The notes beneath the pieces were generated by a model that was not told the DNA's origin, made no database searches, and worked only from the letters and a program-made list of their open reading frames with translations. A stretch of 30,864 nucleotides of DNA from Gemmatimonadota bacterium (GTDB lineage Bacteria > Gemmatimonadota > Gemmatimonadetes > Gemmatimonadales > GWC2-71-9), in contig JBDHKN010000059.1 of assembly GCA_039586365.1 (NCBI GenBank), forward strand, positions 1 to 30,864. The letters are read 5' to 3'. Shown piece after piece: positions 1 to 9,605 of this stretch. The first letter of the stretch is position 1. Each line of letters opens with the position of its first letter. Both the position numbers and the translations under genes were made by a program.

Positions 1-603
1 GGGGCTGGGGGGCCGGCTTTGGACGACATACCGGACGACGCGAACGATCTGCTGTCTAGCGGATCCATTGGGGTGTCGGAGTTGGTGGGTTCGCTCGGCT
101 ACGGGCGGGAGATCCTGGGCTTCCGGGCGGGAATCGTGGGGAAAGCGATCGAGCAGCGTGTGGGAGGAGAGCGCGACGCGACAGTCGCCATCGATGTCGG
201 GGTCGTGCGGAACCTGTGGGGCGTCACCTTGGGGGCGAGCGCCCAGAACCTGGGATGGGGCTTGCGCATCGGCGGCGGGGATCTGCCGCTACCGTCCCGG
301 GTCACGCTTGGGGCTGCAACCCGGAGCCGCCCAGTCGGCCCGCTGGACGTGCTCGTCACGACGTCCGTGAGCCGCCGCAGGGACGGTGAGATCATTCCGG
401 CAGGAGGCTTGGAGATCGCGTGGTGGCCCATCGTGGGCCGTACGTTCATAGGCCGCGTTGGCGCACGGCGGGTGCCGGGGGATGGAGCGAGTCCGGTGAC
501 TTTCGGTTTTGGGTTCCGCGCCGATGACCTGACGGTCGAGTACTCGTTCGAGGAATTCGATGCGCCCGGTGCCGCACACCGACTGGGTGTGCGGTGGCAC
601 TAG
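1..603 (+). CDS. Partial (5'-truncated) outer-membrane beta-barrel protein, PorV/PorQ-like
   Basis: Frame 1 is open from base 1 to TAG at 601-603. It shows alternating beta-strand patterns, the motifs 'AIDVG', 'GASAQNLG' and 'LPSRVTLGAA', and a C-terminal 'HRLGVRWH' strand typical of PorV/PorQ/FadL-like barrels. Confidence 0.6.
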   Translation, partial: GAGGPALDDIPDDANDLLSSGSIGVSELVGSLGYGREILGFRAGIVGKAIEQRVGGERDATVAIDVGVVRNLWGVTLGASAQNLGWGLRIGGGDLPLPSRVTLGAATRSRPVGPLDVLVTTSVSRRRDGEIIPAGGLEIAWWPIVGRTFIGRVGARRVPGDGASPVTFGFGFRADDLTVEYSFEEFDAPGAAHRLGVRWH

Positions 604-686
604 GGTGCGCAAGGTGACGCAAGCAAAATTCCACAATCGCTGTTTTGACAACGGCCACAGGCGACCTCTGATTCTCTGCTGCTGGC

Positions 687-2636
687 CTATGGGTCGGCGG
701 CGGAAACCCTTGTGAAACCGCGACGCAAGGCGGAAAAGCCAATGTCGTCTACGACTACCGTCCCTGCCACAACGCGGTCGAACAAAAAACTGACGGCCTG
801 CAGTCTCACCACGTCGAATCGCGGGTTCGCGGTGACGAAATCCCGCAGCAAGATGGAATAGCTTTGGAGGATCAAGTCGAAGTTGTCTGTGAAGCGCTGG
901 CTCTCCTGATCTTTCCGCCTGAGAATACTGATCTCGAGGGGTCTCCGGATTGGACCGTAGCGACTGAGCGGCACGCGGGCGGAATCGCCATCGCTGTCTA
1001 ACGCTACCACTGTCAGGTCAATTGGCTCGGTGTCATCCGCCTCATCGTCCTTGCGATCGCGCGACGATCGGTCCCGGTCGCGCGCTTCCGCTTCGTCGGT
1101 CGCGGTGCTGTCGCGTTCCGTTTTCCGAGGACTTGGCTTGTCCTTGGTCGCCGCCAGCAGGAAATCGAGGGAGGTGCCGGGGTTAAGGCCCCAGTCCTGT
1201 GGGAGACCTGTTGGCAGGTTCACTGTATATGATGCCGGCTCAGCTAGCGTGTCGGGCTTCCCCTGAATCTCGTTGTTCCAACCCAGCCAGACTGCCTGGT
1301 TCTCCTGAGAGCTCGAAGTGTTGGAACGATTGCTGGAGCGCAACATGAGCTTCGACTCGCGCCAGCGTCCCAGACTGTCACCCTGCAGCCTGACCCCCGG
1401 TGTCGAACCGGTTGTGATGTCAATGTCTTCCTCGAAGGTCGCCAGGGGGCGGAAGCTGCTCGTCTGAAACCGGGTAATGTACATCGTCTTGGGGAGCCAG
1501 CCACCAATCACGCGATGGTCCCGAAACATGGGGAGGTAGCGGTCGTCATCGTGGAGCGTAGCCTCCAAGAACCCTGCGATGTAGAGCTTGCCAAACTCAC
1601 GCTGCTCTTCGGGCGTGATTAGCGGCCGGAGATCGAGAATACGACCGCTGCGGGGCCCGCTGTCCTTGTTGTTCCAGATCGTGTTCCACTGGCCGTGGTT
1701 GGCTCGATACACGTAGGCCGCAGCCTTGAAGTATGGGGTATCGTGATCGGTGAACTGGATGCGGTGATACAGTCGCAAGCCGTGGAAACTCGACACGTCA
1801 CCGTCGTGTGAGCCGTGGAAGACCAGGTAGTTCACGTTCTCGACCGGCACTGGGCGACCGGTCGGGAGATACTGCCCGTCTACCGGTGCGATGGCGATGA
1901 TCGATCGGATGTCGAAGTCGAAAGCGAACTTTACCGACGCGTCGTCCGGGTAGTAACTGAGCCGGTTGAACGCAGCCGCGTGGCCCACGGCTTCTCCTCC
2001 CCTCGAGTGCCCGATCAGTGCAATCCGTCCCAGATCGACCTTGCCGTAGAACGGATTGTCTTGAGTCGCGTTGAACTCGCGCCAGGCCTCCAGGTGCTTG
2101 AGCAGCAGCCAGCCCCGTGCATCGTTTTCTCCCCGCACGCCACCGTTCACGAAGTTCATGTCCACCGAAGTCAGGATGAAACCACGGCTGGCCAGCAGCT
2201 CGCCGAGGTACCCATACCCCGGATCGGAGAAATCTCGCGGGTTGTGGTTTCCATGGACGATCAGGACCAGAGGAAACGGGCCCGCACCGTCCGGATACCA
2301 CACGCGGCCGTTCAGCGGGAAGTTCTTGGGCTCGAAGCCCCAGTACTTGTTTCGCTCCTTGGCGCTTTCGCCCAGACTGATCAGCTTCGAGGCGTCTACG
2401 GACTCTGTCGTGATGGTCACCGAATCACGGAATTCAGCGCGCCGTCGGTCGGTCCCGCTACCGTAGTAGAGGGTACGCACCACATGTTGACCGGGTTGCG
2501 CCGGGTTGGGAGCGTCCAATAGTTGGCGGGCGAGTACGACATCGGCGTCACTGGGGGTGAGTTTGAGTGCGGTGCTGCACGCGGCAAGGCCTCCCACCGC
2601 GAGCACGAAAATAGCCAGTTTCCCGAGTCGAATCAT
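687..2636 (-). CDS. Lipoprotein alpha/beta-fold hydrolase (esterase/lipase-like)
   Basis: ATG at 2636 is preceded by a GAGGA RBS. Signal peptide with lipobox LAAC, 'PLVLIVHGNH', nucleophile elbow GHSRG, 'HGSHDGDV' (Asp) and 'ANHGQWN' (His). Confidence 0.8.
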   Translation of the reverse strand: MIRLGKLAIFVLAVGGLAACSTALKLTPSDADVVLARQLLDAPNPAQPGQHVVRTLYYGSGTDRRRAEFRDSVTITTESVDASKLISLGESAKERNKYWGFEPKNFPLNGRVWYPDGAGPFPLVLIVHGNHNPRDFSDPGYGYLGELLASRGFILTSVDMNFVNGGVRGENDARGWLLLKHLEAWREFNATQDNPFYGKVDLGRIALIGHSRGGEAVGHAAAFNRLSYYPDDASVKFAFDFDIRSIIAIAPVDGQYLPTGRPVPVENVNYLVFHGSHDGDVSSFHGLRLYHRIQFTDHDTPYFKAAAYVYRANHGQWNTIWNNKDSGPRSGRILDLRPLITPEEQREFGKLYIAGFLEATLHDDDRYLPMFRDHRVIGGWLPKTMYITRFQTSSFRPLATFEEDIDITTGSTPGVRLQGDSLGRWRESKLMLRSSNRSNTSSSQENQAVWLGWNNEIQGKPDTLAEPASYTVNLPTGLPQDWGLNPGTSLDFLLAATKDKPSPRKTERDSTATDEAEARDRDRSSRDRKDDEADDTEPIDLTVVALDSDGDSARVPLSRYGPIRRPLEISILRRKDQESQRFTDNFDLILQSYSILLRDFVTANPRFDVVRLQAVSFLFDRVVAGTVVVDDIGFSALRRGFTRVSAADP

Positions 2637-2866
2637 CTGATCCTCTTTCGCCGGGGCGTCCTGGGCCACTTCACACCTTCGTCCTGATGAAATCCTGAAA
2701 CCGTGGGTAACCGGAGAACAGCAGCAAGTCTACATTGGCGTGCACCGCTTCGTCGAATTGGCATCCCTCTCCGTGGGCCTGCCTGAGCGGCGGCACGACG
2801 CGCTCGCGCTCGCCGAGTATCGCCGCCATGTGATTTCACGGGACTCGGTATCGCGGCTGGTGTTGT

Positions 2867-4147
2867 TCAGTCGGTCCCGTCGGCGATTTCTGCAAGCGCT
2901 GCCGCCAGCAGGACGAGCTGCTTGGTCGCGAGCCGCGCCGGCTCGATCTCGGCCCACTCGCTCAGCGTGTGCTGATCACCACCGACCGATCGACCCACGG
3001 ATATGGCCGGGATCCCCCGCACGACTCCGGCATTGGCGTCGGTAGATCCGGAGGCGCGTGCCGGCGATCTACCTCGGAAGTCGAAGCCGAGGTGCTCGAG
3101 CACGTCCACCGCGGTCTGCACTACAGGGTGACGACGGCGATCGGCGAGGTCCTCGGGCCTTCCTCCAGCCTCATTCTGCACGATAAACTCCCGCCGGAAC
3201 CCGACTCGTTCTGCAGTGGCCACGCGACTGCACGTGTTCACTATGGCCGTGTCGAGTTCCGCCAGGATGAGAGGATCGACCGTACGCAGGTCCACCGTGA
3301 ACGATACTTCCTGCGCTATCGCGTTGACCACATGGCCTCCCCGCAATATCCCCACGTTGTACACTGCGCTGACCGGCGCGTCGGCGGCTGGCAACGGAAT
3401 GTCGTAGATGTCGGTGATGCACCGCGCGGCGGCCCTGGCCGGATGCGGCTTGCCGCGCGACGAGTTGGTGTGGGATCCCTCTCCGGTGAACACCATGCGC
3501 GACCAGTAGATACCCAAGGCACCGTAACTGACGGCTCCCAACCCGCCGTCAATGGCGATCAACATGTCAGCGGCACCGGGATTGTGGTCCAACCAGTGGG
3601 ACATGCCAATCAATCCGATCTCTTCCTGTACGGTGCCGATGAAGATGATGTCACCTTTGGTTTTCACCTCGGCGGCGTTGATCGCTCGCGCCGCTGACAA
3701 CATGTTGGCCACCGCGTTGCTGTTGTCGAAGACTCCCGGTGCGCGGAGAATCCCGCCCTCACGCTGTACCGTGACGTCGGTGTCCATCGGATGCACGGTG
3801 TCTAGATGCGCTGCGAACACTACGGTCGGGCCGATCCCGGTACCGGGCCGCCGCGCAATGACATTCCCGATGGAGTCGGTCGTCACTGCGAAACCCATGC
3901 TCTCCAATTGGGTGCGAACGTAGGCTCCGCGTTGCTGTTCCATCTGTGATTTTGCCGGAATCTCGGTGATCCTGATCCACTCACTCACCTGCGATTCGAA
4001 GTTGTCGTCCACGTAGCGCAGAGCGTCGCGCACCGCTGGTACCGCGACCAGATCGGGCGAGAACCTGGTCGGATAGAAACTCTGTGCGACGACAGTCGGG
4101 GTCATCCCGACAAGCGCAGCGACCAGCAGCGGAGCATGATGGCGCAT
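2867..4147 (-). CDS. Secreted M20/M25/M40 family metallopeptidase/amidohydrolase
   Basis: ATG at 4147 with a GAGGA RBS and an N-terminal signal peptide. Metal ligands in 'AHLDTV', 'GVFDN', 'TVQEEIG' and 'QHTLSE', plus dimerisation domain 'VNAIA...VDLR'. Confidence 0.85.
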   Translation of the reverse strand: MRHHAPLLVAALVGMTPTVVAQSFYPTRFSPDLVAVPAVRDALRYVDDNFESQVSEWIRITEIPAKSQMEQQRGAYVRTQLESMGFAVTTDSIGNVIARRPGTGIGPTVVFAAHLDTVHPMDTDVTVQREGGILRAPGVFDNSNAVANMLSAARAINAAEVKTKGDIIFIGTVQEEIGLIGMSHWLDHNPGAADMLIAIDGGLGAVSYGALGIYWSRMVFTGEGSHTNSSRGKPHPARAAARCITDIYDIPLPAADAPVSAVYNVGILRGGHVVNAIAQEVSFTVDLRTVDPLILAELDTAIVNTCSRVATAERVGFRREFIVQNEAGGRPEDLADRRRHPVVQTAVDVLEHLGFDFRGRSPARASGSTDANAGVVRGIPAISVGRSVGGDQHTLSEWAEIEPARLATKQLVLLAAALAEIADGTD

Positions 4148-4283
4148 CGGACATCCTCGTGAGTGGTAGAGACTCGCGAAAGCTAGCGCGGGACCTCTGC
4201 TCCCGCGAGCGCAGATATCTCGCAAGTTATGCGAGGCAACAAGGGCACAGGACGCCCGAAATCGAGAGGTTCCGCGGATACCC

Positions 4284-4320
4284 GCACAATTCCGCGTCAG
4301 CCGGTGGCCCTGAATTGTGC
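4284..4320. promoter_or_regulatory. Inverted repeat (candidate operator) in divergent promoter region
   Basis: GCACAATTC (4284-4292), a 19-bp spacer, then GAATTGTGC (4312-4320), just upstream of the aminotransferase start. Confidence 0.35.
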
Positions 4321-4338
4321 CGGCGACTCTATTACACT

Positions 4339-5538
4339 ATGATCTCTAACATGCCCACCGGCACACCCGACCTCAGCAACGAAGCCTCTAATCTCAAGCG
4401 CTCGGTAATGCGCGAGCTACTGCGCTTTGCAGTAGATCCTGAGATCATCTCGTTTGCCGGGGGCCTGCCGGCCAGCGAATTCCTGCCGCTGCAAGGGCTG
4501 AGGGAATGTCTGGATACTGTACTCGCTCGCGACGGGGCCCGCGCCCTGCAGTACAGCCCAATGCTCGCAGCGCTGCGATCATGGATCGCGGACTACATGG
4601 GGACGCGCGGTGTCTCGTGCACGCCCGATGAGGTCTTCATCACTAACGGCAACCAGCACGGGCTCGCCATCCTGTCGCGCATGTTCCTCGATCCCGGTGA
4701 CACTGCCGTCATAGAAGAGGTGACGTTCACCGGAATACACCAGGTTACCTGCGGTCGCAGTGCAGCAGTTCGCACGGTCCCCACCGATCTCGAGTCGGGC
4801 GTAGAGGTGGAGGCCTTGGAACAGGCGTTCCGCCAAGCGCCGCGTCCCCGCATGGCGATTCTGGTCACCGACTTCCACAATCCCCTTGGGGTCAGCATCG
4901 CAGCTGCAAATCGAGCGCGAGTGGCTGAGTTAGCGGCGGAATACTGCGTGCCGGTGATCGAGGACGATCCGTATGCTCCGCTGCGGTTCAGAGGGGATGC
5001 TGTACCACCCCTCAAGGCCTACGACAGGGCCGGGATGGTGTTTTACTTGGGCTCGTTTTCCAAGATGCTTGCGCCGGCCCTGCGCTTGGGCTGGATCGTG
5101 GCCCCTGCGGAGTTGATGTCCAACATCACGACGCTGCGGGAGTCGCTGGATCTCGAATCCTCGACGCTGTATCAGCGTGCTGTGGCTGAATTCCTGGACC
5201 GCGGCTTGCTCGCACCGCACCTCGAGGCGATCACCGCCGCTCATTGTATCCGCTGCAATACCCTGCTCGAGGCACTGGACGAGCATTTCGGTGACCTCGC
5301 TCAGTGGAGCAAGCCAAACGGCGGTGTCTTCGTGTGGGTCTCTCTGCCGGAACAGCTGGACACCACGGCAATGTTCCACCCGGCCATCGAACGCAGGGTC
5401 GCCTACATCCCCGGTGCCGTCTTCTCCGTTGATGGCAGCACCAAGAACGCGATGCGCCTGAACTTCAGCAATGTGCAGCCGGAAGCGATCCGCGAAGGCA
5501 TGGGTCGTCTATCCGAGGTCATCCATACGGCCATGTGA
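4339..5538 (+). CDS. PLP-dependent class I/II aminotransferase (LysN/ARO8-like; aromatic amino acid or 2-aminoadipate transaminase)
   Basis: 'IISFAGGLP', 'FHNPLG', 'IEDDPY', PLP-Lys motif 'GSFSKMLAPALRLGW' and 'MRLNFS'. No N-terminal HTH domain. Start is ATG 4339 or 4351. Confidence 0.9.
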   Translation: MISNMPTGTPDLSNEASNLKRSVMRELLRFAVDPEIISFAGGLPASEFLPLQGLRECLDTVLARDGARALQYSPMLAALRSWIADYMGTRGVSCTPDEVFITNGNQHGLAILSRMFLDPGDTAVIEEVTFTGIHQVTCGRSAAVRTVPTDLESGVEVEALEQAFRQAPRPRMAILVTDFHNPLGVSIAAANRARVAELAAEYCVPVIEDDPYAPLRFRGDAVPPLKAYDRAGMVFYLGSFSKMLAPALRLGWIVAPAELMSNITTLRESLDLESSTLYQRAVAEFLDRGLLAPHLEAITAAHCIRCNTLLEALDEHFGDLAQWSKPNGGVFVWVSLPEQLDTTAMFHPAIERRVAYIPGAVFSVDGSTKNAMRLNFSNVQPEAIREGMGRLSEVIHTAM

Positions 5539-6422
5539 CAACCATGCGAATACCAGACTTCGCGTATCACCGACCCGCAACACTAGCCGAGGCGTGCAAC
5601 CTCGGCCGGACGTACGGCGACCAGGCGCGTTTTCTCGCTGGCGGCACGGAAGTCCTGGTCGACCTGAGACAGAAACGCTGCGTCCCGGAACATGTGATCG
5701 CACTCGGGTCGGTGCCAGACCTCAACCACATTCGAGCTGACGAAGATCTTTTGCGTATCGGCTCGATGGTGAAACTCGAGGAGATTGCCGAATCTGCCGC
5801 CGTGAAGCGGTTCTTTCCCGCACTGTGCGAGGCGGTCGTGCACATCGGTTCGGTGCAGATCCGCAGCCGCGCAACGATTGGCGGTAACTTCTGTGGTGCA
5901 GTCCCGTGTGCCGACACTCCACCGGTGTGCATCGCTGGTGACGCCGCGCTGCGGCTGGTTGGTGTGGATGGTGAACGCACCCTGCCAGCCCAGGAGTTCT
6001 TCCAAGCGCCCCGGCAGTCGGTGCTGGATCCGGATGAACTGCTGGTCGAGATCCTGCTACCGCGGCAGCCCGAGTCGTCGGGGGTGAGCTACCAGCGGTT
6101 CTCCTTGCGCAGTGGGTCAGCTTTGGCAGTCGCCTCAGTGGCCGCCCGGATCGTGCTGGAAGGTCCCAGCATTGCGGCCGCAACGGTGGTGCTGGGAGCC
6201 GTGGCGCCGATCCCGCTGCCCGCGCTCCAGTGTGCCCGGCTGCTGGAGGGGCAGCGACCGTCCGCGGAGCTGTTCAGCAGCGCTGCCGAACGTGCTGCGG
6301 CGGAGGCGCAACCCATCAGCGATATACGGGGGAGTGAAGCCTTCAGGAGAGAACTGGTTCAAGTCCTCACAAGTCGGTCGTTGCGGGAAGCCACGGCACG
6401 GGCGGGGGGAGGTGTACAGTGA
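5535..6422 (+). CDS. Xanthine dehydrogenase family FAD-binding subunit (CoxM/HcrB-like, no Fe-S insert)
   Basis: 'LAGGTEV', 'QIRSRATIGGN' and 'PISDIRGS..FRR' motifs. Overlaps the upstream stop (GTG 5535, alternative ATG 5544) and the downstream start. Confidence 0.9.
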   Translation: MTTMRIPDFAYHRPATLAEACNLGRTYGDQARFLAGGTEVLVDLRQKRCVPEHVIALGSVPDLNHIRADEDLLRIGSMVKLEEIAESAAVKRFFPALCEAVVHIGSVQIRSRATIGGNFCGAVPCADTPPVCIAGDAALRLVGVDGERTLPAQEFFQAPRQSVLDPDELLVEILLPRQPESSGVSYQRFSLRSGSALAVASVAARIVLEGPSIAAATVVLGAVAPIPLPALQCARLLEGQRPSAELFSSAAERAAAEAQPISDIRGSEAFRRELVQVLTSRSLREATARAGGGVQ

Positions 6423-9235
6423 GTGTCGCGTCACTGGTGTCACTCACGGTCAATGGCCAGATGCGTACGGTGGCCGTACAGCCGGGGACGACCTTGCAGC
6501 GGGTCCTGCGCGACGACTTGGGCCTGACAGGTACCAAGAACGGCTGCGAAATAGGTGATTGCGGCGCGTGCACGGTGATCATGGACGGTCGCCCGGTCAC
6601 CGCCTGTCTGGTGTTGGCTGCCGAGGCAGCTGGCAGTGAGATCACGACGATCGAAGGCCTGGCGCAACACGGCGAGCTGCACCCGCTGCAGAAGTCGTTT
6701 ATCAAGCACGGCGCCATGCAGTGTGGTTTCTGCACCCCTGGAATGATCTTGGGGGCAAAGGTCCTCATCGATCGCAATCCGGATCCCACCAGAGCCGAAA
6801 TACTCACGGCACTGGGCGGTAACCTGTGTCGCTGCGGTTCGTACACGCGGATCATCCGTGCCGTACAGGGCTGGAAGGAATTCAGCGACGTGGGGCTCGA
6901 TACCGCTCCTCGCGGCGACGACGAACGGGACCAGGTGCGGGACCTCAGCGTGGTGAGTCACGGCGTGACTCGTTATGACGCACCAGACAAAGTCACTGGG
7001 AGGGCGAAATACACGGCTGATTTCCAGCTCCCCGGTATGGTCTATGGGAAGATCCTCAGGAGTCCCATCCCCCACGGCATCATCCTTCGAATCGACACGC
7101 GTCGGGCCAGGGAACTCCCTGGCGTGCTGGCAGTCATTACCGGAGCAGACGTTCCGGAAACTCGCTATGGGGTGAGCCCCGCCCGGTACGACGAGCACGT
7201 TCTCGCCAAGGAGCGCGTGCGTTACGTGGGGGACGAGGTTGCAGCTGTCGCTGCTCTAGATGAAGCGACGGCGGAGCGGGCGTTAGATCTCATCGACGTG
7301 GAGTACGAAGCACTCCCAGCAGTCTTCGATCCCGCAGCCGCGGTGCAACCCGGAGCCCCACTCGTACACCCCGAGAACCCACGCTACGCCAACAACATCA
7401 ACACGCGAGTGGAGTGGGACTTCGGAGATGTCGAGCAGGGTTTCGCTGCCGCCGACCACATCCGCGAGCAGCGTTTTGTCGGTAACCGTCCGTACCAGAA
7501 CCCCATCGAGCCGCATGCTGCCATCGCTCGCTGGGAACACCACGGTGAGAGATTGACTGTGTGGTCGTCCACCCAGACGCCGCACTACCTGCAGCACATG
7601 ATCTCGCGCGTGTTCGACATACCGATGGGCAACATTCGGGTGATCCGGCCCGCTGTCGGCGGTGGCTTCGGTGGCAAGGCAGAAACGACGCCGCTGGAGC
7701 TGTGCTCGGTCATTCTCGCCAGGATGACAGGCCGGCCGGTGATGATGCAGTACTCGCGAGAGGAGATGTATTACCACTTCCGGGGCCGTCACAAGCTGTA
7801 CATGGATCTCAAGATCGGGGTCAAGCGGGACGGTACCATCACGGCGGTCCAGTCGCGGGTCTATCTGGACGGGGGAGCTTACACGTCTTTCGGCGTGATA
7901 ACGGCCTACTACGCGGGCGCTATGTTGCCGACGCTGTACAAGTTCCCCAACTACAAATACGACGGCTGCCGCGTCTATACCAACCTGCCGGCGAGTGGTG
8001 CGATGAGAGGCCACGGAGTGCCGCAACCGCGGTTCGCCTTTGAGTCGCTGCTGGACATGATAGCCGAGGATCTCGGCTTGGATCCGTTCGAGATCCGCCT
8101 GCGCAATGCCATGGAGCCGAACACGCGAACCTGCAATGGTCTCGACATCTCGTCTTGCGAGTTCACGGCCACTCTCGAGCGTGCCAGGGATGAGTCGGAC
8201 TGGAGGAACAAGAAGGGACGCTTGCCGCCGGGTCGGGGAATCGGAGTCGGCTGTGGTGGCTTCGTCTCGGGGGCGGGTTACCCGATCTACCGCTCCGAGT
8301 TCCCGCACTCAAACGCGATCATCCGCGTGCACGAAGATGGTCGCGCCGTTTCGCTGCACATCCTCGCCTCCGAGATCGGACAGGGCAGTGACACTGTACT
8401 GGCCCAGATCGCTGCGGAAGAACTGGGTATACCGTACGACTGCGTCTGGGTCGTGGAATGCGATTCGGTCCTGAGCCCACTCGATCTCGGTTCGTACTCG
8501 AGCCGCGTCACCTTGATGGCGGGAAACGCCGTCAGGATGGCTGCTGCAGACGTCAAGGCGAAGCTGCTGGCGGTGGTCGCTCGACAGCTCGACCGCGATC
8601 CTGCCGGCCTCGAGGTAGCCGACGGGCGGATCTTCGTCCCTGGGGATCCGGCAACAGCAGTGGGTTGGGACGAGGCTGCTCGCACTGCGTTTGGACAGTC
8701 AGGGCCGCTGGTCGGCACGGGCTACTACAGCCCTCCCGAAGCTCTGGGTGGGGGATTCAAGGGGAGCACTGTGGGCACCTCGCCCGCCTACAGTTTTTCT
8801 ACTGCGGTGTGTGAGGTCAGTGTCGATCTGGAAACCGGCTACGTACGGGTGGAACGGTTTGTGGACTTCAGTGACGCCGGCACTGTCGTCAATCCGGTGA
8901 CCTTTCACGGCCAAGTCGAGGGCGGGATCATCATGGGCCTGGGTGAGACGTTACTCGAGGATACGGTCATTGGCCCAAACGGTGTGATCACAAATCCCGA
9001 TCTTCATGGTTATCTAGTCCCTACTATCGGCGACGCACCGGAGATCCGTTCCGCGGCAGTCGAAAGCTACGAACCCCGCGGTCCGTTCGGTGCCAAAGAG
9101 ATCGGTGAAGGTTGCCTGCTTCCGGTGTTGGGTGCGATCGGCAACGCGATCTACGACGCGTGTGGTGTGCGCGTGACAGAGCTGCCCATTACCCCGGAGA
9201 GAATCCTGCTCGGGCTCAAGAACCGCAAGGCTTAG
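6419..9235 (+). CDS. Fused 2x[2Fe-2S] subunit + molybdopterin large subunit, 4-hydroxybenzoyl-CoA reductase alpha (HcrA)-like
   Basis: N-terminal 'GCEIGDCGAC..C' and 'QCGFC..CRC' Fe-S motifs. Mo domain has 'GGGFGGK', 'AMRGHG' (HcrA-type rather than XDH 'FRGFG'), 'EIGQGS', 'GSYSSRVT' and 'GPFGAKEIGEG'. Confidence 0.8.
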   Translation: MSVASLVSLTVNGQMRTVAVQPGTTLQRVLRDDLGLTGTKNGCEIGDCGACTVIMDGRPVTACLVLAAEAAGSEITTIEGLAQHGELHPLQKSFIKHGAMQCGFCTPGMILGAKVLIDRNPDPTRAEILTALGGNLCRCGSYTRIIRAVQGWKEFSDVGLDTAPRGDDERDQVRDLSVVSHGVTRYDAPDKVTGRAKYTADFQLPGMVYGKILRSPIPHGIILRIDTRRARELPGVLAVITGADVPETRYGVSPARYDEHVLAKERVRYVGDEVAAVAALDEATAERALDLIDVEYEALPAVFDPAAAVQPGAPLVHPENPRYANNINTRVEWDFGDVEQGFAAADHIREQRFVGNRPYQNPIEPHAAIARWEHHGERLTVWSSTQTPHYLQHMISRVFDIPMGNIRVIRPAVGGGFGGKAETTPLELCSVILARMTGRPVMMQYSREEMYYHFRGRHKLYMDLKIGVKRDGTITAVQSRVYLDGGAYTSFGVITAYYAGAMLPTLYKFPNYKYDGCRVYTNLPASGAMRGHGVPQPRFAFESLLDMIAEDLGLDPFEIRLRNAMEPNTRTCNGLDISSCEFTATLERARDESDWRNKKGRLPPGRGIGVGCGGFVSGAGYPIYRSEFPHSNAIIRVHEDGRAVSLHILASEIGQGSDTVLAQIAAEELGIPYDCVWVVECDSVLSPLDLGSYSSRVTLMAGNAVRMAAADVKAKLLAVVARQLDRDPAGLEVADGRIFVPGDPATAVGWDEAARTAFGQSGPLVGTGYYSPPEALGGGFKGSTVGTSPAYSFSTAVCEVSVDLETGYVRVERFVDFSDAGTVVNPVTFHGQVEGGIIMGLGETLLEDTVIGPNGVITNPDLHGYLVPTIGDAPEIRSAAVESYEPRGPFGAKEIGEGCLLPVLGAIGNAIYDACGVRVTELPITPERILLGLKNRKA

Positions 9236-9392
9236 CTGACGGGTCTGTCGCAGCTCCACCGAAAACGTTGTGCAGTTCTCTTGTCGTTGGTGAGTAACGG
9301 GCCCGTGGGACTATTCCACGTAGCACGTTAGCGAACGTCCGTCCGGCCGGAGCAGCTGCAGCACGATTGATTTCGCGCGCATCGTTTGTGTT

Positions 9393-9410
9393 TCTCTCGC
9401 TAGCGAGAGA
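9393..9410. promoter_or_regulatory. Perfect 18-bp palindrome in intergenic region
   Basis: TCTCTCGCTAGCGAGAGA is its own reverse complement and lies about 195 bp upstream of the thiolase start. Confidence 0.4.
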
Positions 9411-9534
9411 CGCGCAATCCAGTCATCTTTCGCGGGAAAATGTTATTACCCACGAGCAATGTAGTCGACACGATCACGGCCAGGCCGCCCAGGCACCGAC
9501 CGCGAGCCACCAGTCGACGACTTGCCCGCGAACT

Positions 9535-9582
9535 GCGCCGCCGGGCCGACTTCCTTTGTTCGGCAAGTACGGCGCTTTTTTT
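9535..9582 (+). terminator. Intrinsic-terminator-like hairpin directly upstream of the thiolase RBS (possible attenuator)
   Basis: Outer stem GCGCCG(9535-9540)/CGGCGC(9570-9575) and inner stem GCCGA/TCGGC, followed by 7 T (9576-9582). ATG at 9606. Confidence 0.5.
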
Positions 9583-9605
9583 ATAGGAGCCTTGAGGGGA
9601 CACCT

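Noticed and set aside
4084..4338. N-terminal extension making the aminotransferase a MocR/GabR regulator
   Set aside because: The extension has no HTH character and overlaps the divergent M20 gene. Homology begins near ATG 4339/4351.
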